Source: Takakia lepidozioides (Eukaryota; Plantae; Bryophyta). Taken from it: a stretch of 64,000 bases of DNA. A program made the translations under genes and the position numbers. Location: NCBI GenBank assembly GCA_030704615.1, contig CM060733.1, positions 53,072,001 through 53,136,000 of the forward strand, written 5' to 3'. A model generated the notes under the pieces. The model ran no database searches, had not been told where the DNA came from, and was given only the letters and a program-made list of their open reading frames with translations. Below are positions 48,720 through 61,339 of the stretch, in pieces. The number at the start of each line of letters is the position of its first letter. The first letter of the stretch is position 1.

Positions 48720-50308
48720 TCATGTCTTGAATTTCTTGGACGTTTGCTCAAAAATTTCCTCCTTAGCTTGAACATAAGCTGTTAATTGGTCAGTTAAGGA
48801 CTCAAGTGGAAGCTTGAGAACAACCTGCCATACCAAAGCCGTCTTGTCCTTGTGAATCTTAGAACCATCTGAGAATTTATGCACATCTTTGAACCCATCG
48901 TCATAATTGGAAGGGTCTGCGACAAGCAGAAGTAGTGGTTGCCACACTTGAGGTGATAGTAGACCGGGGCAGACACCCTCCAAGTAACGGTATGCCTCAG
49001 CTCTGTTATTGGAGTCCACTTCCATGGCCCCCACAAGAATTTTAAGCCCACTTCGCTAGATTTTATGGTGGTTCCCAGGATCCATTTGGAAATACAGCAC
49101 AGGGCTGCTGAGTGCATCCACCGCAGCAAAATTTGATGAAGAGGGCAGGCAATACTTCTTACAATTTGCTTCCACCAATTCAGCTGCTCCCTTTACACTG
49201 TGAAACGTATGTATCGTTGACTTTGGCAGCACAAGTTCAAACGATGGCCTAACATGCGGCATTTAAAGCATCCACCTGATGCTAGCATAAAGTGAGCGAG
49301 CTGCTCACACCAGTAACCTCTCTTCGTTGCTTGCTCCATGTGCCCAAGTGATTTCATGTTATCCCCATAGTCAAACTCAAGAGAGCTGTAACTTGCGGTG
49401 AAACAAATCACAGACACATTCTACTGTACTTCCGTAGACACTTCTTCGCTGGGCTGCTTGAATTCTCAGGGAGGTCCTCAGAATCAGGAATTGTCCAGTG
49501 GAAGATCTTATCACTACCCAGAGGAAATCCACTAGTTCCAACATGAAGTAGGTGGCTTTGGACTGAGGACGTGGTCATTGCATAAACCAAGTTCATCTTC
49601 CAATCTTCAACATTTTGCCCCATAACTTGCCCATAAAGCACTGTGCGTGCAATTTCACCTGCGAGAGCAAACCACTCCCTAATTTTGGACACCTCTAAGT
49701 TGCTTAACCGTGTTACGGCTTCAGCACATTTCTCCAGCTCCTCTAGCTCAAAGAGGGGCATGTATAACACAAGGGTGTCAGGATGCTTCCTTTGAAATTT
49801 AAAATGTTGCTTTTGTACACTGCCAAAAACCAACTGCAATATACGTGGGCACATCCCCACAAAGATGTTTGGACTACAACCGTCCACAACATATGCTGCC
49901 CTCTTGACTTCCTTTTGCAGCACTTCCAAGGCATCTAGGCTCCGGTCTGTTACGTGATCTACTGGAGGACCATCTTTGGGCAGCTCAAGAATGTAAATGA
50001 ACATTCCTTCGAATTGGGGATCTTGCTGAGTCCAACCTTTCTAGAACAACCATTTTTCCGTCAATTCTGCCACCATCAGTGACTTACCAATTCCAGGGGT
50101 GCCCGTGAACAGTTGCATGGAAAGGCCTACTCTCAAAATAAGCAAGGCGAGCCTCTTTCAACTCAACATAAGCACTCCGAACAAAAACTTGGTTGGTGAA
50201 AGTCGACTCATCACCGAACCAGTACACACCGTCCTGCAAAGCGATCGCAAATCCAGAGCCCGTCCGTGCTCGATCTATGTTGTCTTTGACAGACATGAAA
50301 GACTCCAC
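48720..50308 (-). pseudogene. Crinkler/RHS-like P-loop NTPase gene fragment (frameshifted, 5' end cut by a retrotransposon)
   Basis: VFVRSAY upstream, Walker A FTGTPGIGKS (50080-50109, in a shifted frame), Walker B-like AAYVVDG, and LYMPLFELEELEKC and WFALAGEIARTV motifs typical of CRN/RHS NTPases. Confidence 0.7.
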
Positions 50309-53300
50309 TATCGTGCGCATACATATCGCTACACAACTACATCGCTGTCCAAACCACACCACGCATATATGCACAATAAAGTGGTCTGCCACAATGATAA
50401 GAAAGAACTAAACTCAAATAACAAGAGAAACACAAAACACAACACCATCACTCTTTAAATAATAGTCGAGTCAGGGGCACCCCAAGCTATGGGGACTCCA
50501 CCCCACAACAACCTATCCTCCCTTCATAAGCACACTCAGGTTCTGAACGGTGAAGGAGCTCGGTCGTGCAGGCTCAACTCGAGAGAGATGAGCCGCACGA
50601 CTGACGCTCTCGTGAAGATAAGACGGTTCAGGTGTCAAACTAAACTTGACATCTGACTTAACACTTGAACTAAATCCAAGTATTAAATACAAATAACTAG
50701 CTTTATTCTAGTTAGTTTCACACTGTGTTTATTTAACTTGACAGCTGTCGTGCGCATACATATCGCTACACAACTACATCGATGTCCAAACCACACCACG
50801 CATATATGCACAATAAAGTAGTCTGCCACAATCGCCCCTCTAGCTGGTGGATAGGTCCCTCTAACTCCAGATAGCTACAAGATGTAATAGCCACAGCCGT
50901 ACTAAGTCCTCTATCACTGTGTCTCTTGTACTCAAACTCTATAGACCAGGAGGCCGGGTACAAGAGTAGCCCCATCGTTAGTCGTCGTCTTGCAATCTGT
51001 GAACTTGAGCCAGGATCTCGTGTGTTCAAGGTCTCATAGTAGCTTGGCCTTGCGTTTCTTGTTAGCCTTCCATGGTTGTATCCACTCCCACTATCCAATG
51101 CAATGTGGACATAACCAATCCCCATCCGGAACCATCTCAAGAGGTGGAGTCAAGCATCCCATATGCCAACCTCTAGAGCATCGATCACACACCAGCATGG
51201 TGGCTGCCCCTCTAGCAGACCCACACAACATGCACCTCAAACTTGCAGATACCACTGCCAGGTTTGGGTCAATCCTGCCATCGACATTCGAAAGATGACA
51301 TGGCGCACAATTACGCACATGGTCCTTCCAAGTTATGCCATCCCGACCCTCCAAGATCAAGACGCCTGAGGGCAAGACCTCTCGAACCCTCAAAATAACA
51401 CGTCCTGCAGTCACATCCAAGGTCGTAGGAGCAGTCTGCTGCAGATAGACATAGTCACCAGGGTTGAATCTCCGAACCCCAGAACGATAACCCCCACCAC
51501 GTATGGTAGCATACCTCAACGTATCACGATGTTGTGCAATGGCAAGTTTCTCGGAAGCCATGGGCATGACTTTCTTGAACAACTCTGCACGCTGCTCATA
51601 TGCACGTGCCCACACGTCCGGATCGTCAAGGTTAAGAACTGTAGCAACTTCTCTGCGAATGGATGTAGGCAAATCCGGCTCTCGGCCAAAGAGAAGAAAG
51701 TATGGTGAGAATGAGGCAAGTGATGCTTGCTTGCTGAACCTGTAGCCCACGGCTAACCAGGGTAACTGAAGGTCCCAATCTCCTAGGTGTCCCTTCTGCA
51801 AGCCATACTTGCGCAAACCCTTCTTTACTGTCTGAACAACCCTCTCTGCCAAGCCATCGGCCTCAGGATGATCCCGAGAAGTGGTACGGTGGTCTACCAA
51901 GGCCTTGTCACACAAAGCCTGAAACTCCCCCAAGAACTCTCTCCCTTGGTCCGTGAGTACCTCAGCTGGAGCCTTGAATCGGCTAAGCACACAATCCAAT
52001 AATGCATACGCAGCTCCCTCACTAGCCTTATCCGGCAATGGAACCAACTCGATCCACTTGGAGAAGTGCTCCACCATCACCAACACGTACTTGTTGTGGC
52101 GCATGGTCAGTGGCAACGGCCCTGCGAAGTCAAGACTCCACCTGTAGCCCAATCCCATGATCGGAAGAGGGTGCAATTGTGGAGTAGAGGCGTTGAATGA
52201 AGCACGCACCCTGTCACATACCATGCATCTAGCCACAAATTGTTGCACCTCTGTGTGCATACCACGCCACCAATACTGCCCATGCAGTAGACTATGAGTG
52301 CGTCGCACCCCAAAATGCCCCAACTCCTCATGGGCATGCCGCACTAACCATGCCCGTTGTGTTGGGTGAGGCACAATCCTCACTCGACCATCCTCCCACA
52401 CTCGGAGCAGGTGTGTCCCCTCCCACTTGAACCTCTTGGCTCGTTGTAGGATCCGATCTCTCTCCTTGGCAGTCACAGTGGCTGTCGTGTCTCCAGTGCG
52501 GAGATAGTCCAACACAGCTGAATCCTCATGTATATCTTTGGCGCCACCTTGCTCATTGCTGGCCTCAGGGTCCTCAGACACTTGATCTACAGTCATCCAT
52601 GTTGCAGGTCCAACCTAGCCTTCCGCTGCCAAGATACACAGAAATGCACATGCATGTCATCCGGGCACCATCTCCTCATCCGTCTCACCATGCCACCGAG
52701 CTCCAATGTCATCATGTTGGCTCGTGCATGGATTGCAACTCAACCCATCTGCATTGCGATTGACCAAACCTGGTCGATGCACAACCTGAAAGTCATACTC
52801 TTGAAGTATGAATGCCCACCGTGCAAGCTTCCCCGTAAGCTTGTCTGACTCTATCAACCACTTGAGTGGCTGGTGATCCGTGACAAGGGTGAAGAGATTG
52901 CCATATAGATAGCACTTGAAGTGTGCCACAGCCCACACTGCAGCTAAGCATTCTCCCTCATATGAGCTATACTTAGCCTCTACAGCGTTGTTTGAGCGAC
53001 TAGCATAAGCCACTACGAACTCTCTTCCCTCATCATCCACTTGTGTGAGCACCGCTCCAAGCCCCAGCATGCTCCAATCTGTATGCAGCTCAAAAGGACG
53101 CCCCCTAATAGGTCGTCTCAAGATGGGCACCGAGGTCAACCTCGCCTTGAGCTCTTGGAAAGCTCGTTCTTGCTCATCTTCCCACTGCCACTCCTGATCC
53201 ACCTTGGTTAGCTTGGTTAGAGCCTTTGCAATGGCACTAAATCCCTTGACAAACCGTCTATAATAGTTTGCTAACCCCATGAAAGCTCGAACTCGGCTCA

Positions 53301-55078
53301 CATCCATGGGGCGTGGAATGTGTGCAATGGACTCTACCTTAGTCTGTTGTACCCCCAATGCTCCAGGATATATCATGTGACCCAGATACTCAATGTGGTT
53401 GTGGAAAAACTTGCACTTTCTTGGATGTAACTTCAATCCGTGCGCCCTCAAACGCTCAAATACCACCTGAAGGTGTCTCTCATGCTCCTCCACCGTAGCA
53501 CTAAAGATGATGATGTCATTTATGTAGCACCGAGCAAACTCCACCCTTGCTAGAATCCTGTCCATGACTCTTTGAAACTCTGCAGGAGCATTTTAAAGCC
53601 CAAATGGTAAGAACCGCCACTGGTATAGGCAATCCTTCCCGTGCTCATTGATCCCCCAGAATGCCATCTTCTGCTTATCTGCCTCCTTGATCGGCAACTG
53701 GTGATATCTGGATCGTAAATCCAAAGTGCTAAAGACCTTGGCATGCCCAATGGCATCAAAGATCTCCTCTGATGTCGGCATAACATACCTATCGGACTTG
53801 GTCTGACGATTTACAGGCCGGTAATCACCGCACATACGTCTCTCCGTCCAATTGCCATAGACATCCTTCTTGGCTGGCATCAATGTGGCTGAAGCATACT
53901 CTCCCCCAGATAGCTCCACCAAACCAGCCTCCCAAAGGTCCTGAGTTCTCATCTGAATCAAGGACCTCTCCATGTCACTGTATCTATAGGGTCTCCGAAA
54001 GATTGGCGTGTCAGTAGCCAATTCAATGTGAATCTCTTGACCCTTCAGTGCTCCTAAGTCCTTCAAACTGAAGGCAAAGCAGTTACTGTAAGCCCTCAAG
54101 AACCGTCGTATACATCGTCTCTCTCATCCGGTGACTATAGGTCCAACATCAGGCTCCCAGTTGTTCTCCGTGACTGCAACCTTGAGTCCAGAAGGCTTAG
54201 AGGTAGAAGACGCGTCTCGTGGTTGCTATGCTGCAACCTCTTGAGCAGTGACCACTGCCTCCTCTATCAGTGACAATGTCTCACCCTGCCCCATCATCCC
54301 ATCCTTGATGACCTCCTCAACCCGAGAAAAATCCCCAACCTGATCCATCACCGCCGCCTTGGCTGCCAACTCATTCTGAACCTCGAGCACCTCCCACGTG
54401 TGCCATGGATGTGGCCTGCACCTCGTGGTCCTCACCTGCTCGCCCCCACTCGCTGCCTGTACCGTCTCGGTAGGCAGGGAGACCATGAAGGGAAGTTACC
54501 TCCGTACTCTGCGCTGCTCAGCCATAGCCAAGCTGATAATCCAGGTCAAGCAATTGAGATCCATTGCTTGCCCCAACACCTGACGACATGATGCCTCAGA
54601 AAGAGATGGCACCGCCGTGGTACCAGTGGTAAAACCCATCGCCCGCTCGCGCTCGTCAGCACTGGGCTCCACTAATTGTTGCAACTGACTATCCCACAAG
54701 AGGCCAGGTCCACCATCCCGAAAAGCATGGGATCCTAGGAAGCTGAGCAGTGTAGGTAATGTTGCTCGTGGTTGACCCACCCTGTTGACCACTGCCAAAG
54801 GCGAACGGTCATCGTGTCTCACACGTTGAGACTGCATCCCTGTGTCCAAAATGCTATCCATTATGAGGTGTGCTAGCCGCTGCACCCCCATCAAATGCAC
54901 GCTTGAGCAATGCGGGTGGCATCAAGTTAGTCCACCATAGCCGTGGACGATGAGCGCGTGACCCCATTGCAGCTGCATCCAGCAACACTGCTGACCCAAG
55001 CCACGACCGGACTTGATGCACACTGGCCATCACCCTGGCCCGAGAATCACCCATCAGTGGCACATTTTCCAAGATGTA
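50309..55078 (-). mobile_element. Family D copy 2: partial DNMT (motifs VI-X)-RT-RH-IN-PHD-PPT-A-B-A terminus, 5'-truncated
   Basis: YILENV..AHRPRLWWTNL (54854-55078), ERERAMGF..RQVLGQAM (54496-54900), RT 53593-54099 and 52657-53565, integrase plus PHD 51091-52596, PPT 50831-50843, A1 50746-50830, B 50395-50743, A2 50309-50393. Highly similar to copy 1. Confidence 0.93.
51091..52596 (-). CDS. Ty3/Gypsy integrase with a C-terminal PHD finger (open 501-aa frame)
   Basis: HHCC (HEELGH..CMVC), DDE core, and CMLC..LVCDRC..WHMGCLTPPLEMVPDGDWLCPHC (C4HC3). Confidence 0.92.
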   Translation of the reverse strand: MTVDQVSEDPEASNEQGGAKDIHEDSAVLDYLRTGDTTATVTAKERDRILQRAKRFKWEGTHLLRVWEDGRVRIVPHPTQRAWLVRHAHEELGHFGVRRTHSLLHGQYWWRGMHTEVQQFVARCMVCDRVRASFNASTPQLHPLPIMGLGYRWSLDFAGPLPLTMRHNKYVLVMVEHFSKWIELVPLPDKASEGAAYALLDCVLSRFKAPAEVLTDQGREFLGEFQALCDKALVDHRTTSRDHPEADGLAERVVQTVKKGLRKYGLQKGHLGDWDLQLPWLAVGYRFSKQASLASFSPYFLLFGREPDLPTSIRREVATVLNLDDPDVWARAYEQRAELFKKVMPMASEKLAIAQHRDTLRYATIRGGGYRSGVRRFNPGDYVYLQQTAPTTLDVTAGRVILRVREVLPSGVLILEGRDGITWKDHVRNCAPCHLSNVDGRIDPNLAVVSASLRCMLCGSARGAATMLVCDRCSRGWHMGCLTPPLEMVPDGDWLCPHCIG

Positions 55079-58000
55079 TAGGGATTAAAGAAGTTCAAGT
55101 ACTGTAGTTTCTGTTTTTGGCCTAGGAAGCACCACTGCAGCTAGGTGCATCGTGTGGGCCACGCTAGGTACCTTCGATGATTTGCGGATTCTAGAGTTGC
55201 TAGGAAGGAATAGAGATGTGTCGGGGGATATTTTTGGAAGGAGCAGCGAACCCTGCGAAAAGCTTGATTTAGCTCACATCAGAAGACGTGCTTTAGCTCA
55301 CATCAAGAATGGAGCATATCTATGAACTCCAAGTCCATGAGATTATTAGGCGACTTAAATTGGTACTTGAAGACCTAAATAGTTTTCACTATCCTTTGAG
55401 GCATACTTACCCGACCATAGCATGGCTTGTGTCATCTGACGTGCCTGGAAACCTGGATTCAGATGACAGGCAAAGGAGCCAAAAATTGTAGGCTCTCAGA
55501 GGCCTCTCATATGTCTCGTGGACAGTACATCATTTACGACAGTCACTACCGACAGAACCCACATGTTCTGTACTGGCACAAAGAGATCGGGCCCACCAAA
55601 CATGCAGTTCCCGACACTTAAAAGTAATCGTGTATAAGTATTCCAAAACGCGTAGTCTCCAGTCTCCACCTTTCATTCAGGGGAAGATTCGATTTTTGGT
55701 TTTGTTGCCTCTAGAAACATGGAAGAAAACATTTGGTCGTTGCAAGGACTCGGGCCAGTGGGCACAGTGAATAGGGTATGTGTGCAAGTGTCAAAGCCAT
55801 ATTTAGTTATTCGTGAAGACGTTTGATTGTTTTCAAAAGCAGCAACCTTCTGAATTCAATGAGGGTACTATGCAACTGTCGGTACCGATTGCGGACTGCC
55901 GACCGGTCAACGATGACATCGCGGCTGTCATCACACATGGTCCCGAGTTCGGATCCATCAAGCTGTGGAAAGCTGTCAGAGTTGTATAATTGATGTTATC
56001 CCTGAAAAATAAGGTTGTATGAAGAGTATTGAATCGACGCAGGATGCATGTAACGTGCATAGCACTGTACAAATCCTTGTTTCCTGTTATCTACTTCCCC
56101 TGTAAGTCTCTCTCATGATCTTTCTCAAGGTCTTTGGAATTTTCCCCTTCTCCCTGCTCTTCTAGGCCCAGTTACCATTTCTGAGGATTAGATCATCTCT
56201 CTGCTCTCTCGATGGGAGCCTCAACGGTTAGAGCGTTTTTTCCTCACCAATCGAAATAGGACAATTAAACTCATCTCTATCTCTTCTCCCGTTATCAGTA
56301 CTACTGAGAATAGTCCCTCTGACTATTCTTGAGTGACTCTCACTTTCTCTTGTCCATGGCATGGTTCGCGTCCTTGGGGCTATGGCTACAACTGGTTACC
56401 TATAGGTCGAACTCAAGCACGTGGCACTTGATCAACGATTGCCTTCTAAGAAAGCATGTTTTGTTGCTCTGGAGAGACGATTTGATCCCAAATTATGACG
56501 GAACTTCTGTAGACAAGTTTGATCGAGACAAGTTTGCTTGTGTTTTAACCTAAATTGTGGTCGTAGCCGATCATTCTTGAAACTGTGTTAACTTTTGATC
56601 AGCCACCACCACAATTTGAAGTTATAGCACAAGCGTACATTGGGTGAAATGTTTCACAGTCATTCAGGATTCGATAGTGCAAATGGGACAACGAGTCCAA
56701 GAATGTTGACAGATCATATCAAAGACTATCGCCGTTGCTGTTGCCAAATCACACTTGGTCACCCAACAATAGAAATCGGCAAAAGTGACTGACGAAGTAG
56801 GGTGCAACATGTACCCACAAGGTTGGAAATTTTGTACATACCGCTTTTCCTGAGGAAATATGCCATCTCGAGATCCTAATTTCAATTTGCTTTGGAACGA
56901 TTGGCTGGACGCCATCAAAAGTTGGCATACGATCTCCTTGGATCGGTCTTCCCAAATTCTTTACAGAATGGGTGGATGTGCAAAGGTGAGCTCATGCCAC
57001 ACCTTTATAAAATCTAGAGAGCTTCCAGTATCGTCAATAAGCCTTGCAAAGTAACTTGTACAGATATATTGGTCAAGAATCAACTGAAAAACGTCAAACT
57101 TCTCGAAAGTAAGCTGAACTAGACGAAGGGGGTACAGCAGGAGATTGTGCTACAGTTTCTTATCCAAGCACGGGTATTAGGAAAGTCTCTATCAGCTGAT
57201 GATATGAATCAAAGCACCTTCTCTAGAATTCAAGTTTTTGGCTCCATCTACGAGCCTGGATCATCTGGCACGGAGTCCCATTCATGAACGTTCACATTTG
57301 AGAACCAAGTAGAAGGGTAGTGCTATGTACAGAATGGTCGGAAAAGAGCAGCTCTCAGTCATCACTCGTTTGATGATCATTATCAGATAATAGACAACCT
57401 TACCACTGGTCAGTTGAATGAAAGTGTTAGCTACCAACCACCTCAAACAAAACCAATTTACACAAAGTCTGAACAACATTCTATGGAAGAAATAATTTGA
57501 ATTGATTTCTATGCATGCCAGTAAAGTTCTTGCTCTTATAGATCCCCTAAGGCATTCTAGCACTAGTTGAAGCCGACCTTATGAGACTGATGAAGGGAAA
57601 ATTGGCTATCACTTCAGAATTCTGCTTAGGAATAGGCGATGGAGGCTCTTCCGACTTACTGTTGGAAAACATGAACATCTAAAGCTACTATAGACGCTAG
57701 CAGCAACAAAAGAACACTTGACAAGGCGGTGAGAAGAAGACAACGTGCTGAAGAACCCTGTACTCAACAGTGAAAAAGATTAATTCAACAAGTATTTTAA
57801 TATTTCAGTGGGTATTTCAACAAGCATTCAATATTTTAATAACTAGTAAATTCGAAGATCAGTTTTGTAATATCAAACATAAAATTTAATTCATACATCA
57901 ATAAAGTTCTGCCAGGGCTTCTGTCCCCGACTTTATAAATAAATAAATAAATAAATAAATAAGTAAATAAAGTTAAGGGCCTCCATCCCCTTTCTGTAAA

Positions 58001-58290
58001 ATAAAAATAAAAATAAATTGTCCTCTAATACATAACATGATTGACATATAATTCAAAAACAAAGTAAACCAAACTTAAGAGTTTTAGGGTGGAGCCATTA
58101 CGCGACTAGATGCTTGTTCTTAGCGATTTGTTTTTAGACCGCTTTGTTTGAAAAGCAAAGGTTTATATTATCCATGACTTTAGAATTATTGTTGGAAATA
58201 TGACTTGAACTACCAATGCATGAGAAGTTTGTTTTGTGTATTCAGGATTGGTGCAAGTGAGGGAAGACTCTCCGATGTTTAGATTTGTGG

Positions 58291-58639
58291 TGTCAAGTTA
58301 AATAAACATAGTGTGAAACTAACTAGAATAAAACTAGTTATTTGTATTTAACACTTGGATTTAGTTCAAGTGTTAAGTCAGGTGTTAAGTTTAGTTTGAC
58401 ACCTGAACCGTCTTATCTTCACGAGAGCGTCAGTCGTGCGACTCATCTCTCTCGAGTTGAGCTGCACGACCGAGCTCCTTCACCGTTCAGAACCTGAGTG
58501 TGCTTATGAAGGGAGGATAGGTTGTTGTGGGGTGGAGTCCCCATAGCTTGGGGTGCCCCTGGCTCGACTATTATTTTAAAGAGTGATGGTGTTGTGTTTT
58601 GTGTTTCTCTTCTTATTTGAGTTTAGTTCTTTCTTATCA
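58291..58639 (+). mobile_element. Stand-alone type-B LTR followed by a putative self-priming PBS
   Basis: TGTCAAG...CTTATCA, nearly identical to the reverse complement of 50395-50743. The downstream CTCAAGAGAGAT (58640-58651) pairs 11/12 with ATCTCTCTCGAG (58445-58456). Confidence 0.82.
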
Positions 58640-58967
58640 CTCAAGAGAGATCATCTCTTACCTGTGAGTGCAAGGTAGGAGTTGAGGGTTAGCACTTGCA
58701 TGATTAGTGTAAGTAGTGCTTAGTTTGAGAAGCATATCATTGAATGTGACCACAAGATTCAGCGTGCCCTGAAACGCCTGGAGGATGACGATGCCGGAGC
58801 CGCCACTGCTATCGCAGTCTTTGAAGTTACCAAGTCACCAAAGGCTTTAGAGTACACAAGAAAATCAAGGAGAAGATGAAAGCTGCGGAGTACATGGATT
58901 TGGATGGGAAAGCAGACGACAAAATTCGGATAATGGAGGAAGTGGAAGTAAAAGTTGGCAGCAGCCG

Positions 58968-59550
58968 ATGAACACGAAGAAAAAAACACTGCAGCTCACA
59001 TTCCAGGCACAAGAAGAATATAGGCGGAAGCAAGATGCACTGCGAAGGCAACAGGCACAAGTGGGTGGAGACGCTTTATCTTTGGGTGATCTCGAGTTCG
59101 TAGCATTCTTGACTGAGGAGGGTATGATTGCGGATTGCGGCAAACCCGACTCGAAGGCAAGTGTGTATGCCATTTTCGATGAGGAAAAGACTCTACATTA
59201 CGTTGGTGTCTCAAGACAGGTTTATCAGAGTATGAGGCTACACTTTGCACGCAAGCCGCTACAGTGCTGGTATGTGAAGGTGCAGAATGAGAACCGTCCC
59301 AGCCGAGCTCTACTTGAAAGCATTCGAGACAAATGGATCTCTGAGAATGGTTCAGTTCCAGCGGAAATGACAATGGGGAGTTGCAAAATATTTGGGAGAA
59401 CCCACTGGATTGCAAACCTCTCATGACAGAGGAAGAGAAGTTGAAGTTTGAAGAGGCAGCACCAGGGCCACCCAAGGCAAAGGCCTTGAATCATGCAGCT
59501 AAGCGGGTTGAAAAAGAATTAGAGACCTTGTTTCATTCACGGAATTGGTG
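58968..59550 (+). pseudogene. GIY-YIG-domain protein of the cyanobacterial/GRXS16-N type; intronless, frameshifted at ~59362
   Basis: SVYAIFDEEKTLHYVGVSRQVYQSMRLH..CWYVKVQ..RPSRALLESIRDKWISENGSVP, then in a shifted frame NDNGELQNIWENPLDCKPLMTEEEK..AAKRVEKEL. Confidence 0.7.
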
Positions 59551-61339
59551 ATCGAAAATTGGGCCGGGTCACAGCCTACTGTTGATTGGAAGTTGTAACC
59601 TACCCATGTGTTGAAGATCCGAGTTGCATTCAGTCTGTACGGGGAGCCAGATTCAGTGTGCCTGCCTAAGTTGAACTCAAGAGTGCTGCCAGCTGGGACA
59701 AGGAGGACAGGGCGGAGTAGTACCTAGCTTACAGGCAAGCCATTTGCAGCAAGGCCCACTCAACGGCTCACATCTGCCGTAGCTGCACTGTGAGCTGTGT
59801 TGGTGGCGGTGGTGTTGAAGAGATTAGAATCTCACCGGGCGGGTTGCTGGTGTACCTCTTTCGGATTTGCAGTAGTGGGATTGAAAGGTACGGGCCTGAG
59901 AGAAAGATGAAGGTTGGTCGGCTCAAACTGCCAATTTTCCAAGTTCTTTACCACAGAAGCACTCTCTAGCCGCTGTCCAAGGGCTCCAATCTGCCATTCA
60001 TTGTAACTCCCAAGGTATAGCCATGTCCATCCTGCTGGAATCCCCGAGTACTGTCAGCGTTCTCATTAAGTGAGGAGATGTCGTCTTCCTGGGCCGCCCA
60101 TAGTTTTGGAGCTGCCATGGTGCCTGCACGAGAATGGTCTGTTGCTCAAGTTGAGCTGACAGGATTGCATGCAGGAGACTGGCGAGCTGCGTTTGCCACA
60201 GAGACGAGTGATGCCAGTTGAATATGAACAATACCTAAGAGCCTCGGGTACCAATTTAGAACTTTGGGCACATATACAGGAACAGGGAACCAGGGAACAT
60301 GGAACCAAGACAAGTTATTGAAAATAGATTTTTCCTTGTATTTGTTTTTTTTTTAAAGAAAAAAAAAAGAAAAGAAAAAGGTGTTATGTTTAAAGAGCCT
60401 GGTTGGTCATATCTTTGTCAAATGAGCTCCGTTTGACTCAATTTTTGGGGGGATAGCTGTAGAGAGGGGAAATCTGGTTTTAGTTTTTTGGACTCTGCTA
60501 AAAATCTATGGAATTTTTTGAGTGTGAGGGTGCTATGAAAGATCCACAATTCTGTTTCTAGAACCCGTTCTAGTCTATATGAGAGACAAATCTGTGGATG
60601 TCCTCCTTGTATGGCTGGGGGAAATGAGGACGTAATTGAAGGGCAGGTCTCTTCTCTTAGCCTGTGCACACAAGGGGACAAGATTTATGTTTCCCAAGGA
60701 ACTCAGACCGATTTGAGTGGAGAGCAGTTGGACGAGTTGATTGCATACTGGGAGTCAGGCATTAGCAGTAGACAACAAACTGATGTAGTTGGCGTTGAGG
60801 GCCTCAATATTGCTTTGGACAGTCAGAACTCTGTTGGAGCCAACAGTTCTGTAGCTGTAGGTAAAATACCAGGGTGGGTAGCTCTAGAGCTTATTCTAAA
60901 TGGGTTTGTCGTACACTCGTCTTGCACAAGGGGGTTAACCAGTTGTTGAGAGTGGGATATCTGTGAAGCTATTAATTAGCAGAAGACCTATGTATCAACA
61001 GGGTCGAGACCATTTCTTTGTCGGTTAGGTCGGTCCGACTGAAGCTGACACAGCCTACAGACTCGCAATACGTCGAACCTAGCAATTGATAGATACCGAA
61101 GATTCACATATTTGAAATTATGTCGACATGACTTTGCGTGTAATTTACCAGTCATGTTTAAACTCTTCCAAGATCTAAACTCCCTCGAAACCCACTTTAT
61201 CTTTCTGCATGTGTGTCAAGGGTTGGACTCTAGACTGTAGTTATATATATGGTCACATGTCCATGTGTAGATGTGGCCAATCACTGCTTGAGAATTTTGA
61301 GACTGTGGAAGGAGAGACAGGGTGAGCTCGAGTCCCAGA

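Noticed and set aside
50309-50830. A-B-A as a DIRS-type split repeat or a simple TRIM
   Set aside because: The element has a DDE integrase and no tyrosine recombinase. B has no PBS after the first A and no PPT before the second A.
55100-57760. Short ORFs suggesting a decayed gene
   Set aside because: Many stops and no motif I can assign.
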